Made by a program: the position numbers and the translations under genes. Under the pieces are notes generated by a model, which saw nothing but the letters and a program-made list of their open reading frames with translations, did no database searches and was not told the origin of the DNA. Of a stretch of DNA of 64,000 nt, positions 9,845-20,100 are shown piece after piece. The DNA is from a bacterium. GTDB taxonomy: Bacteria > Patescibacteriota > Patescibacteriia > JAHIZJ01. The DNA is taken from positions 6,241-70,240 of the forward strand of contig JAUYLJ010000041.1 in the NCBI GenBank assembly GCA_030699685.1. The letters run 5' to 3'. Numbering within the stretch: the stretch's first letter is position 1; each line of letters begins with the position of its first letter.

Positions 9845-11620
9845 ATGCCCCGCCCCCCCGTCAAACTCTCCACTATTCCAAAAAACCCCGGCGTCTATCT
9901 TTACAAAGATTCTTCCGGCCAAGTACTCTATGTCGGCAAAGCCAAAGACCTGCGCAACCGCGTCTCTTCGTATTGGCACAAATCAGCCCAGCTCGAAGCC
10001 GCCAAGCAGATCATGCTGGAAAAGATCACCGGCCTCGACTACATCATGGTGGATTCCGAAACCGAGGCGCTTTTTCTGGAAACGACGCTGATCAAGAAGC
10101 ACCATCCTCCCTACAACGTCATCATGAAAGATGACAAGTATTTTTCCTACATTAAGATCAACCTGCGCGAAGAGTATCCCTCGGTCACTATTACCCGTCG
10201 CATCGTCAAAGACGGCAGCCGCCACTTCGGACCCTATCCTTCCACGAAAGCCGTCCGGGATACCTTGAAACATCTCAAAAAAATCTTCCCGTTCAAAACC
10301 TGCCTCAATCCCCCGGACAAACCGTGCTTTGATTATCGTATTCACCGCTGCGCCGGACACGACACCGGACCGAAGAGCCGGACGGAATACCGTTTCACGA
10401 TAGAGAGCTTTGTCCATTTTCTTGAAGGACACGCCGACGAAGTCTTAAGCGACTTAAACAACAGAATGGATGAAATGTCCCGTCAGCAGAACTTTGAGAT
10501 GGCCGCCGTCTACCGTGACCGGATCAGCGCCATCCGCCGTATGCTCGAGCGGCAAAAGGTCATCCTCACCCATACCGACAATCTTGACTTCATCAGCCTG
10601 GCGCGGCAAGACGGGTTAAGCGCGATCAATCTTTTCGTTTTCCGCGAGGGAAAATTGATAAACAAAAAATCGTTTATCTTGAAAAACGCCTCCGACCAAA
10701 GCGACCGGGAATTGACCGCCTCTTTCATCGAACAATACTATACCCAGTCAACCGACCACCCCAAGTACGTGATACTCGGTCAATTGCCGAACCGGCCTGA
10801 CGAAATCCAAAAACTCCTTCAGCTAAAAATTGTCACGGCCCAGCGAGGTCAAAAAGCCCAGCTGCTGAAACTCGGCTCCGCGAACGCCCTCGACGCCTTA
10901 TCCAAGACTAAAGCCTCCTGGGAAAGCGACGCGGATAAAGGAAAAGAGGCGGTCAGGGAATTGAAAAAACGACTTCACTTTACTCAGCCGCTGCACCGCG
11001 TCGAAACCTACGATATCTCGAATATACAGGGGACTAGCCCGGTTGGTTCCATGGTCGTCTTCGAAGATGGACTGCCGAAAAAATCCGATTATCGGAAATT
11101 TAAGATCAAAACCGTTATCGGCTCAAACGACCCGGCCATGCTAGCCGAAATGCTCACTCGACGTTTTGAACATACCGCGACCGGCTCAAAAACTGAGTGG
11201 CCCAGGCCCGATCTCGTCATCCTAGACGGGGGCAAAGGCCAACTGTCCGTCGTCACCAAACAACTGGCGAAAAAAGAGGTCAGCATCCCGATCGTGGCGC
11301 TTGCGAAACGTCTGGAAGAAATCTATTTCCCGGACAAGCCGAATCCAATAGTACTCCCGGCAAATTCTCCAGCCCTCTTCCTCGTCCAACGAATGCGGGA
11401 TGAAGCCCATCGCTTTGCTATCGGCTTTTATCGTCAGACGCATAGAAAAAAGTCTGTCGGGTCGCAAATCGATATGATCCCGGGCGTCGGACCGAAGACA
11501 AAGAAAAAACTGATTAAGCAATTTGGCTCCGTCGAAGGAGTAAGACGCGCTGATGAACAAAAACTGATCGAAACAGTTGGCGCCAAAACCGCCAAGGCGA
11601 TCAGAGACGCGCTCGGCTAA
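9845..11620 (+). CDS. uvrC: excinuclease ABC subunit C
   Basis: GIY-YIG N terminus ('PGVYLYKDSSGQVLYVGKAKDLRNRVSSY'), a UvrC central domain and a C-terminal HhH. The ATG at 9845 lies 6 nt after 'TGcTATACT', suggesting a leaderless start. Confidence 0.9.
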   Translation: MPRPPVKLSTIPKNPGVYLYKDSSGQVLYVGKAKDLRNRVSSYWHKSAQLEAAKQIMLEKITGLDYIMVDSETEALFLETTLIKKHHPPYNVIMKDDKYFSYIKINLREEYPSVTITRRIVKDGSRHFGPYPSTKAVRDTLKHLKKIFPFKTCLNPPDKPCFDYRIHRCAGHDTGPKSRTEYRFTIESFVHFLEGHADEVLSDLNNRMDEMSRQQNFEMAAVYRDRISAIRRMLERQKVILTHTDNLDFISLARQDGLSAINLFVFREGKLINKKSFILKNASDQSDRELTASFIEQYYTQSTDHPKYVILGQLPNRPDEIQKLLQLKIVTAQRGQKAQLLKLGSANALDALSKTKASWESDADKGKEAVRELKKRLHFTQPLHRVETYDISNIQGTSPVGSMVVFEDGLPKKSDYRKFKIKTVIGSNDPAMLAEMLTRRFEHTATGSKTEWPRPDLVILDGGKGQLSVVTKQLAKKEVSIPIVALAKRLEEIYFPDKPNPIVLPANSPALFLVQRMRDEAHRFAIGFYRQTHRKKSVGSQIDMIPGVGPKTKKKLIKQFGSVEGVRRADEQKLIETVGAKTAKAIRDALG

Positions 11621-11750
11621 GGTAATTCTCTTCACGCCTGTGCTACGCGGGATGCTATTCCAGCCGCCACCCCTGAATTCCGTACCTGCCATCATGAACC
11701 CTGCATCCCCACCACCCCTGCTTCCGGTATGCAAAGCTTCAGCTTTGCCA

Positions 11751-11782
11751 TAAAAACAAAAAGGGTACCGGTCAGGCACCCT
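11751..11782 (-). terminator. rho-independent terminator for the membrane-protein gene
   Basis: The minus strand reads AGGGTGCCTGACCGGTACCCT followed by TTTTTGTTTTT. Confidence 0.5.
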
Positions 11783-11805
11783 CGCTGAAGAGCATGGGAT
11801 GTGGA

Positions 11806-12291
11806 TCAGTCGCCGTTGAGGTGACTGCAGGAGGCGTAGACCGTGTTCGGCGAGGCATCAAGCGGCTCGGCTTCTCGAGCATAGATGCGGATAACCCGCC
11901 GACCACCCAGATCCTCCACTTGGATGAAGCGGCTCTCCCCGTCGGTGACGTAGAACTCGACTTCATCAGCGGCGAAGAACTTTATCGCCGACCTGCTTAG
12001 ATGGTTGTAGTACTCGTCCCGCACCCGGAAGAGTACCTGGATCGCCTGGCCGCTGACGTCATGGAAGACGTCTTCGGTCAGACTGACCCGCTCGAAGTGG
12101 TCGAGGGGGTACTCCTTGCCCACCTCAATCTCTACCTGACAGTCAGTGACGTACTGCGTCACCGTCCGCGTGACCTGCCGGGGCATCGTCCACCAGACTA
12201 GCCCGCCACCAACAAGTAGAGCCGCTGCTGCGACGAGCCCGACGGACCAACTATACCAATGTCCCCGCTGATCCCGGAAATTGATCCACAT
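11806..12291 (-). CDS. membrane-anchored hypothetical protein
   Basis: Start 'MWINF' at 12291 has AGGAGG 6 nt upstream. One N-terminal TM helix. GC-rich. A terminator lies downstream. Confidence 0.5.
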   Translation of the reverse strand: MWINFRDQRGHWYSWSVGLVAAAALLVGGGLVWWTMPRQVTRTVTQYVTDCQVEIEVGKEYPLDHFERVSLTEDVFHDVSGQAIQVLFRVRDEYYNHLSRSAIKFFAADEVEFYVTDGESRFIQVEDLGGRRVIRIYAREAEPLDASPNTVYASCSHLNGD

Positions 12292-12861
12292 CCATCTCCT
12301 CCTTGTCGAAGGTTCTCTACCACCACAACTCCCTGACACCAAACTTCCTCGGGTTTGAGTCGCCGGGAATCTAGCATGGTAAGAGAAAATTGTCAATCCT
12401 GGTCATTGAACTGGATGATGGGACGGCGAGACAAAGTCTAATTCACCAATCAACTAATTACCTCATTACTACTCACCCAACCCATGGTGGTGAAAAAAAC
12501 GCAAAATGCTATACTCCAAACATGACACGTCAGAACAAAAAGTTAGTTGAGGAAGTAGAAACCAAAGCCGCTCGCCGTGAACAAAAGAAACGCGTCCACA
12601 TGAAAGTCAGCGGCCGGAGTGTGCTGCGGCTAAAACGAATACTTGAATCCCCGCAGCGTAAAAAAAGGCGAAAAAAGAAATAACAACAAGTATCGCTCCG
12701 AAAGGAATAATTTGACGAAAGAGTAATCGTTACTGCAAGCTGGTTAAGTAGTCAATCAATTTACTCATCAGTGATATACATGTCCGCCCGATTGACAAAC
12801 ACCTCCTTTTTCTGGTAGGATTCACCCCAGCCAATCATGGCTATTTTCATTCTCTGAACAT

Positions 12862-13080
12862 ATGGATTTTATTCTCAATATCGCTCTGATAGTGCTCTCT
12901 GTCCTCCTGATCGCCGCCATCCTGCTGCAACAGCGGGGTTCCGGTCTGGGGGGTGTTTTTGGCGGTGAAGGAAATGTTTTTTCAACGCGCCGTGGCGTCG
13001 AGCGCACACTCTTTATATTCACGATTGTCGTGGCGGTCTTGTTCCTGAGCGTGGCGGCGAGCAACCTGTTTCTAAGCTAA
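12862..13080 (+). CDS. secG: preprotein translocase subunit SecG
   Basis: 72 aa, two TM helices. The glycine-rich loop 'QQRGSGLGGVFGGEGNVFSTRRG' is typical of SecG. Confidence 0.75.
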   Translation: MDFILNIALIVLSVLLIAAILLQQRGSGLGGVFGGEGNVFSTRRGVERTLFIFTIVVAVLFLSVAASNLFLS

Positions 13081-13108
13081 GAGTGTAAGGATACTAAGCG
13101 AACGACGC

Positions 13109-14893
13109 GTGAAACGTTTTCAACAGTGGATACATAAAATTCGACCGGGAGAAAACGCCCGACCCCTCACTCGAACCTGGGGCGCGGGAAGCGGATCCCG
13201 GCGTTTCCAATGGCCCGCCGCCAGACAATGGGGCGGATTGTTTCAAATTTTCTCCAGGACGGAGCGACGCTTCTTCTGGGGTTTGGTCCTGATTTTCGTC
13301 ATTTCTTTATCAACGCTAGGAGTCCGGCTCTATCAGAGATCAACTGTTTTAATCCCTGAGGCGGGCGGTGAATATGTCGAAGGAGTCGTCGGTAATCCTA
13401 CCTATATCAATCCGGTGCTGGCTCAATCAAACGATGCCGATCTCGATATTTCGCGGCTGGTGTTTTCGGGATTATTTACGCATGACGCCGCGGGAGAAAC
13501 CGTGCCGGATATGGCCACTGGATACGAGCTGAGCGAAGACCAGAAAGTGTACACGATTCACTTGCGGGAAGGGATCACTTGGCATGATGGCCAGCCGCTC
13601 ACTTCCAACGACGTACTCTCAACCATTGGCTTCATCCAGGATTCCACGATTAAGAGCCCCTTGGCGGGTAACTTGCGCGGCGTGACAGCTTCAGCCCCGG
13701 ACGACTTGACTGTCGTTCTGACCTTGACTGAGCCGTTCGCTCCATTCTTGAGCTCTCTGACGTTCGGAATTCTACCCGCCCACATTTGGAATGAAATTCC
13801 TCTCCAGTCTTTCCACTTAGCCGAAACTAACTTGAAGCCTATCGGCACCGGCGCGTACAAGTTTCACGAACTGAAGAAAGACCGGCGCGGAAATATTAAA
13901 TCCTATACTCTTGTTCGCAACGAAGGATTCTATGACCGGGCGGCATATATCAAGAAAATCACTTTCAAATTCTACCCTGACCTCGAATCGCTGGTGGAGG
14001 CCGGGAGAAAAAAACAGGTTGAGGGCTTAGGCTATGTCCCGAAAGAGTCGAAAGAATCGCTGGCCAAGAATAAACAGATTATCAATCGTCTTCTAAGGTT
14101 GCCGCAGTACACTGCCGTGTTTCTGAACCAAAAGAACACCCTTCTCTCCAAGCCTGAAGTCAAACAAGCGCTTGCTCACTCGATAAACAAGCAAGGGGTT
14201 ATTGACGAGGTGCTGAACGGAGAAGGTGAAGCGATTGACGGCCCTATCCTGCCAGGATACGTGGGCTATAATCCGGAAATCCGAAAATATGAATTCGATC
14301 CGGTTCGGGCGATGGAGATTCTCGATGAAGCGGGCTGGACCATGGCCGAGGGCGAGGAGTTACGCACGAAAGACGGCCAGGAGCTACAATTTACTCTCAC
14401 CACTATCGACCAGCCTGATTTCGTGGCCTCCGCCAACATGCTGAAAGACTTTTGGCAAAAAATCGGCGTTGGAGTCGTAATCCAAATTATTGATCCGAAC
14501 CGCATCCAGCGCTACGTGATTAAACCGCGTGATTTTGAAGCTTTACTGGTCGGCGAGATCGTCGGCACTGATCCAGATCCGTATCCGTTCTGGCATTCAT
14601 CGCAGGGACGCGATCCCGGACTCAATCTTTCGGTCTTTGTGAACAAAGACGTGGACCAGCTGCTTGAAGAAGCACGGAAAATAACCGATCTGGAGCAACG
14701 CCGGATCAAGTACCTTCACTTTCAGAACATAATAGCGGATGAACTGCCGGCTCTTTTCCTTTACAACCCCACATACACGTACGGGTTGCCTGAAAAAATC
14801 CAAGGATTCGAGCAAGAACGGATCACTGTTCCGTCGGATCGGTTCGTCAACATTACCAACTGGTACATAAACACAAAACGCGTCCGAGAATGA
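13109..14893 (+). CDS. ABC transporter substrate-binding protein, family 5 (peptide/nickel type)
   Basis: 594 aa. GTG start. An N-terminal TM anchor is followed by an SBP_bac_5-like domain. No permease or ATPase gene lies adjacent. Confidence 0.65.
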   Translation: MKRFQQWIHKIRPGENARPLTRTWGAGSGSRRFQWPAARQWGGLFQIFSRTERRFFWGLVLIFVISLSTLGVRLYQRSTVLIPEAGGEYVEGVVGNPTYINPVLAQSNDADLDISRLVFSGLFTHDAAGETVPDMATGYELSEDQKVYTIHLREGITWHDGQPLTSNDVLSTIGFIQDSTIKSPLAGNLRGVTASAPDDLTVVLTLTEPFAPFLSSLTFGILPAHIWNEIPLQSFHLAETNLKPIGTGAYKFHELKKDRRGNIKSYTLVRNEGFYDRAAYIKKITFKFYPDLESLVEAGRKKQVEGLGYVPKESKESLAKNKQIINRLLRLPQYTAVFLNQKNTLLSKPEVKQALAHSINKQGVIDEVLNGEGEAIDGPILPGYVGYNPEIRKYEFDPVRAMEILDEAGWTMAEGEELRTKDGQELQFTLTTIDQPDFVASANMLKDFWQKIGVGVVIQIIDPNRIQRYVIKPRDFEALLVGEIVGTDPDPYPFWHSSQGRDPGLNLSVFVNKDVDQLLEEARKITDLEQRRIKYLHFQNIIADELPALFLYNPTYTYGLPEKIQGFEQERITVPSDRFVNITNWYINTKRVRE

Positions 14894-15042
14894 CCCCATG
14901 CCAGAACGAAGTCGTTGGTGCGCCGATTACAGCCTATAATCAGGCTGGGGCTCCGGGAAACTTTCTTACTCTGACTGCCCGTCAGTGGATGGTGGGCAGG
15001 AGAGCAAATACGCTATTATAATATTTGTACTTCAGTATTTTT

Positions 15043-15129
15043 TGCCGCGGTGGTGGAATTGGCAGACACGCACGGTTCAGAGCCGTGTGACCGCAAGGTC
15101 ATGGGAGTTCAAGTCTCCCCCGCGGCACC
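15043..15129 (+). tRNA. tRNA-Leu (anticodon CAG)
   Basis: Acceptor stem GCCGCGG/CCGCGGC. Anticodon stem CACGG/CCGTG with loop TTCAGAG. Long variable arm. T-loop GTTCAAGTC. CCA is encoded. Confidence 0.9.
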
Positions 15130-15254
15130 AGAAAATAATTACCTAACGCAAACTATCAAAACCCTTGTCAGGAATCCGCTCCCTCCAAACTTAATGCTTC
15201 ATCCTCAACCAATCACTTCACCTATTTTTGTCACTAGTAATTATTTATTATCCA

Positions 15255-16967
15255 ATGCCTCAAAAACCCAAAATACATAAAAAACCCAACCCTCGCAAAG
15301 ACAAGGACGCTGTGCGCATCATTCCCCTCGGCGGACTCGAGGAAGTCGGCCGCAACATGTGCCTGATAGAATACAGAAATGAAATTCTCATCATCGACAT
15401 GGGCCTGCAGTTCCCGGAAGAAAACATGCCGGGAATTGATTATATTATTCCAAATATCTCCTACCTCAAAGGGAAAGAAAAAAACATCCGCGGCGTTATC
15501 ATTACCCATGGTCACTACGATCACATCGGTGCCATCCCCCATCTGATACCGCGGCTGGGGCGCCCGACTGTCTATGGAACGAAGCTGACGCTCGCCATCA
15601 TCGCCAAGCGCCAGGAAGATTACAGAAACAGCGGTAAACTGATTACTCACGCGGTTGACAACAATTCAAGGCTCAAACTTGGCGGGTTTCATGTCGAGTT
15701 TTTCGGCGTCAGCCATAATATTCCCGGTTCGCTTGGAATCATCGTTGATACGCCGCTTGGAAAAATCGTCCACACCGGCGACTTCAAAATCGACTTGAAT
15801 CCATCAGGCGACACTCCGACCGATATCGCGAAAATTGCCCAACTGCATAACCAAAACGTGCTGGCGCTCATGTCAGACAGCACCAATGCCAGCCAACCCG
15901 GGCATCAGTTCACTGAGCAGGAAATCATGGGCAACATGGAAGACATCTTTCGTACTGCCCAAGGCAGACTGATCATCGGCACCTTTGCCTCACTACTAGG
16001 CCGGATCAAACAAATAGTGGACTTGGCGCAAAAGTATAATCGAGTCGTCATCCTTGACGGCTATAGCCTCCGAACCAACGTGGAAATTGCCACTGAGCTT
16101 GGCTACATGAAAGCCAAGCCGGGTACATTTATCACCTATAAGGATATGAAAAGATATCCGAGCCAGAGGGTGCTGATCCTCTGTACCGGAGCCCAGGGTG
16201 AAGATCGGGCCGTGCTGATGCGGCTGGCCAATCGAGAGCATAAGTTCACCAAGATAGAGCGGAACGATACAGTAGTCTTTTCCTCCTCAGTCGTGCCGGG
16301 CAATGAACGCTCGGTGCAGTATCTCGTTGACACTCTGTACCGTGAAGGGGCTGAGGTCATCAACTACAAGATGATGGACATCCACGCCGGAGGACACGCC
16401 AAGCAAGAAGACCTGAAGCTGATGATCAAGCTAGTTCATCCAAGATTTCTTATTCCTATCGAAGGCAATCATTCGTTCTTGAAAATGCACGCCAAGCTGG
16501 CAATAAGCATCGGCTTTTCCGAAAAGAACATTTTCGTCGCCGATAACGGCCAGATAATGGAATTCAACAAGGCCGGGGGCCGATTGACCAATCAGCGCGT
16601 TCCGACCGAATACGTGATGGTAGATGGACTCGGGGTTGGCGATGTGTCTAACGTTGTCTTACGAGACAGACAACAGCTGGCGGCTGACGGGATGGTGGTG
16701 GTAATTGCCACGATCGAAACCCAAACCGGCAAAATAGTCGGCGATCCTGACATTATTTCACGCGGGTTTATCTACATGAAGGGCAGTCAGCAGCTGATCG
16801 AAGAAACCCGTCGCAAAGTCAAAAACATCATCAGCGAAGACCGGGAACCCAAGTCGGCGTTGAACGAAACGTATATAAAGAACAAAATCAGGGATAATAT
16901 CGGCCAGTATCTATTTTCGAAAACCGAACGTCGGCCGATGATCTTACCCGTTATTATTCCCGTCTAG
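15255..16967 (+). CDS. rnj: ribonuclease J (beta-CASP metallo-beta-lactamase)
   Basis: 'HGHYDHIGAIP' motif, beta-CASP region and full length 570 aa. The ATG at 15255 is preferred over the upstream TTG. Confidence 0.9.
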   Translation: MPQKPKIHKKPNPRKDKDAVRIIPLGGLEEVGRNMCLIEYRNEILIIDMGLQFPEENMPGIDYIIPNISYLKGKEKNIRGVIITHGHYDHIGAIPHLIPRLGRPTVYGTKLTLAIIAKRQEDYRNSGKLITHAVDNNSRLKLGGFHVEFFGVSHNIPGSLGIIVDTPLGKIVHTGDFKIDLNPSGDTPTDIAKIAQLHNQNVLALMSDSTNASQPGHQFTEQEIMGNMEDIFRTAQGRLIIGTFASLLGRIKQIVDLAQKYNRVVILDGYSLRTNVEIATELGYMKAKPGTFITYKDMKRYPSQRVLILCTGAQGEDRAVLMRLANREHKFTKIERNDTVVFSSSVVPGNERSVQYLVDTLYREGAEVINYKMMDIHAGGHAKQEDLKLMIKLVHPRFLIPIEGNHSFLKMHAKLAISIGFSEKNIFVADNGQIMEFNKAGGRLTNQRVPTEYVMVDGLGVGDVSNVVLRDRQQLAADGMVVVIATIETQTGKIVGDPDIISRGFIYMKGSQQLIEETRRKVKNIISEDREPKSALNETYIKNKIRDNIGQYLFSKTERRPMILPVIIPV

Positions 16968-17132
16968 TTGACGACCCGCAATATTGGTGGTATAATTCTG
17001 GATAGGAACAGTAACAATAGTGGTTTTGAATATCGGAGGACGCAAAACCAGCGCGCAAAAAGGCGCTTTTCCGTGGACAATTACCCGTCATTTTTTAAAT
17101 GGCGTGATTGACATTATTTTACAAAATAGCGA

Positions 17133-17157
17133 AAACCCCGAAAATCGGGGTTTTTTG
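17133..17157 (+). terminator. intrinsic terminator hairpin (CCCCG-AAAAT-CGGGG then TTTTTT)
   Basis: Stem 17136-17140 pairs with 17146-17150. It is flanked by an A-run and a T-run, so it could work in either direction. Confidence 0.55.
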
Positions 17158-17181
17158 CTTGTTATTAAGTAAAGAAAAAAC

Positions 17182-20100
17182 ATGAAAACAGTGTGTTTCA
17201 GAAAAGCGCGACTGCTGAGTCTCGGCCTGGTCGCGCTGGCTCTCATCCTGGCGGCACCCTCGGCCCAGGCGATCGAGCAGGATCCGTATATCTCAGCCGT
17301 GACGTCGGTCACGCCAGCCAGTACGACGCTGGGAGCGACGACCACGTATACGTTTGTGTTTACAATTGGCACCTCGCCCGGCCAGCCGGCCAATTTGAAT
17401 TTTCACATTAACGGCTACGGTTTTTGTGAAAACTGGGAGGCCTGCCAGCCCGATTTCAACAACGCGAGTTTAGTGTCAGGTATCAGCGGTGAATTTCAGG
17501 CTTTTGGTAATGGCTTTAGCGTTTCCTCCAATAGCTGGAATACGGGAGAGTACACGGTGGTAATCAGCGGAGTGCGCAATCCATTGCAAGCACCGGGACA
17601 TTACCGTGCGCAAGGCAGATTGGGTACTGGCGATGATGGAGGCGAAAACCCTCCCAGCACCGTTTCCAGCCCGTTCTTTTTTGGCTCAGGCAAAGTTGTA
17701 AAAGGCACCATCACCGTGCCCGGCGGAGCCCCAGCATCGCAGTCCGGAGTAAACATCCGGTCAGCCGATTTCTCCTACAACAGCGGCGGCGGCACAGATG
17801 AATATGGTTTTTACGCTTTTTCCGGCAGTGGGCTCGTCGTTGGCCAAAACTACTTTATTGAAGCCTGGCCCAGCCCGGAGCAAAGCGGCTATGTTGCCCC
17901 GGATCCAGCACAAATCACCTGGAACAACGCCACGCAGACCGTCAACCTCCAGCTTCAAGTAGCTACGAAAACAATTAGCGGCAGAGTTCGATACCAGGAT
18001 GGCAGTCCTGTAACCTCTGGTGGCGAGGTGAACGCCTGGAAACCGAGCGGTGGCGGTGGCACGAACGCGGTAATTGCTTCAGATGGAACTTATGAACTGG
18101 CTCTATCTGGCGGAAACTGGGAGTTAAACTTGAACGCGGGTTGGGACCAAGAGAATAATCAACCGCGGCAAGTCGACTGGGTCTACAACCAGCCTCAGAC
18201 GCAAGTAACCTTCGCAAACAATTCCTCAGAAGAGACCCGCACAATCAACTTCAATGTCACAAAAACGGACGCCGTCGCCCGAGGAAAAGTCCTCATGCCC
18301 AATGGCCAGCCTCTTCAGGGGGGATCTATTGAAGCACGAGGCAATACCGAAGGGCCCGGCTACCACACTGGTATTAACGGTCAGGACGGTTCTTTCACTC
18401 TCAATCTCAACGCCGGCACCTACAAATTGAACGTGTGGCCGGACCAAAGCAACCCCGATATGGCCCGATTCTTCTTGCCGGAAGTCACTTTCACGGTGGT
18501 GCTTGACGAGAATAAGAATCTTGGCACGTTAACTATGGACGAAAAAACTTCTCGCGTTACTGGTGAGATCACTCTGGAAAACGGCGAGCCGATTTCCGAT
18601 TTCCGAGTGAATTGCTGGCAGACAAACGGCGGATTTGGCTGGGGTGAAGGCAGAACCAATTCCAATGGAGTATACTCTGTCTGGGTTTCCCCCGGTGAAT
18701 GGGAATGTGATATTGATCGCCACGGCGGTACAGAATATATTCTGGCCGAATCTCGCCCATTCCGAACCTATCGCATTGAAGAAGACCAAACAGTTTCTGA
18801 TATTAATTTCGTTCTAAAACGAGCGGACGCCAGCCTCGAAGTCAAATTCGTGGATACGGACGGCAATGCCGTGACGGATGTCTGGGGTTGGGCCTTCGCT
18901 CGCAAGCAAGGCGGCGGTTTTGGGCCGGGAAGTGAATTTGGCAGCAATCTGGATCGCGGTACTGCCACCATCCCATTGCTGGGCGGCGACACCTATGTTG
19001 TCGGCATGCATCTGCCTCCAGGTGAAGCCAGTCTCCTGCTTCGCGAAGAAGTGACGATCGAAGTCCCTGAAGGCGCGACTGTGCAAATCAAACTGACTGG
19101 CGTAGAACCTAACGCGACCATTCGCGTGCTGCTCCAGGACCAGAATGGTCAGCTGATCGAAAATGAAAACGCCGAGATCAACGCCGGCAGTGACGAAGGC
19201 GGCAGTTGGTTCAATGCCCGTCTCAACCCTGATGGATCGGCAAATATCGGGGTGCTTGGCGGCAAACGGTACTTTGTGGGCTACTGGTTCCACAACAACG
19301 ATGAGTTCGTCCAAACCCATCCTAATCAGGCTCCCTTCACCGTGCCGGTCGGAGAAACTGTCACTAAGGTGTTGACTGCTTATCGCGCTGACTCCCAGGT
19401 GACGGCCGAGCTGCTTGATCCTGAGGGCAACGAGGTACCCTTCGGCTTTGTCTGGTGTTCTGACTTTAAGGAAAAAGAAGACAAGGTGCAGGGTGATTTC
19501 GAAGGAGGCTCAGTCATTGACGCCGGCGGTGAAATCCGCGACGGCGTGGCCAACATACCTCTGGTGGCCGGGACCTACACCTGCGGAGCTGGTACCGGAC
19601 CCGATGCCCAAAGCACCTGGATGCCTCCCAAAGAGGTGTCAGACGTAACGGTAGCTCCGGGCTCCCCAGCTGAAATCACTCTCCAGTTCCGTGAAGCTGA
19701 CGCTACGTTGAGCGGCTCGGTAACCCTACCTGACGGAAACAATCCTCCGTTTGGCTGGTGCCACGCCTTCAGCAATGACGGCAACTTCTCCGGTGGCGAG
19801 GTCTTTGACGGGCAAACCACCATCCCGCTGACTGAGGGTACCTGGTTTATCGGTTGCGACACGCACACAACCGATGGCTTCTACCGATCAGATGATACAA
19901 TCGTGACGGTCGTCAAAGGAAAAAATCTGACCCAGGATTTCACGCTGGTGAAGCAGCGCTTCGACATCCCGGAAGGTCTGACCACGCGTTTCAGCGCCAC
20001 TTCTCAGAAAACGCTGACCCTGCCTGACGGCACCGAAGTGACTATTCCGGCTAACGCCTTCAGCAATGAAGACGAGGAAGTTACCTTCATCGCCACCCCG

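Noticed and set aside
9587-9979. 130-aa minus-strand ORF overlapping the uvrC start, and 9800-9844 as an N-terminal extension of UvrC
   Set aside because: uvrC is clearly coding on the plus strand here. The ATG at 9845 sits 6 nt after an extended -10, which fits a leaderless start, so the upstream ATG at 9800 would lie in the promoter.
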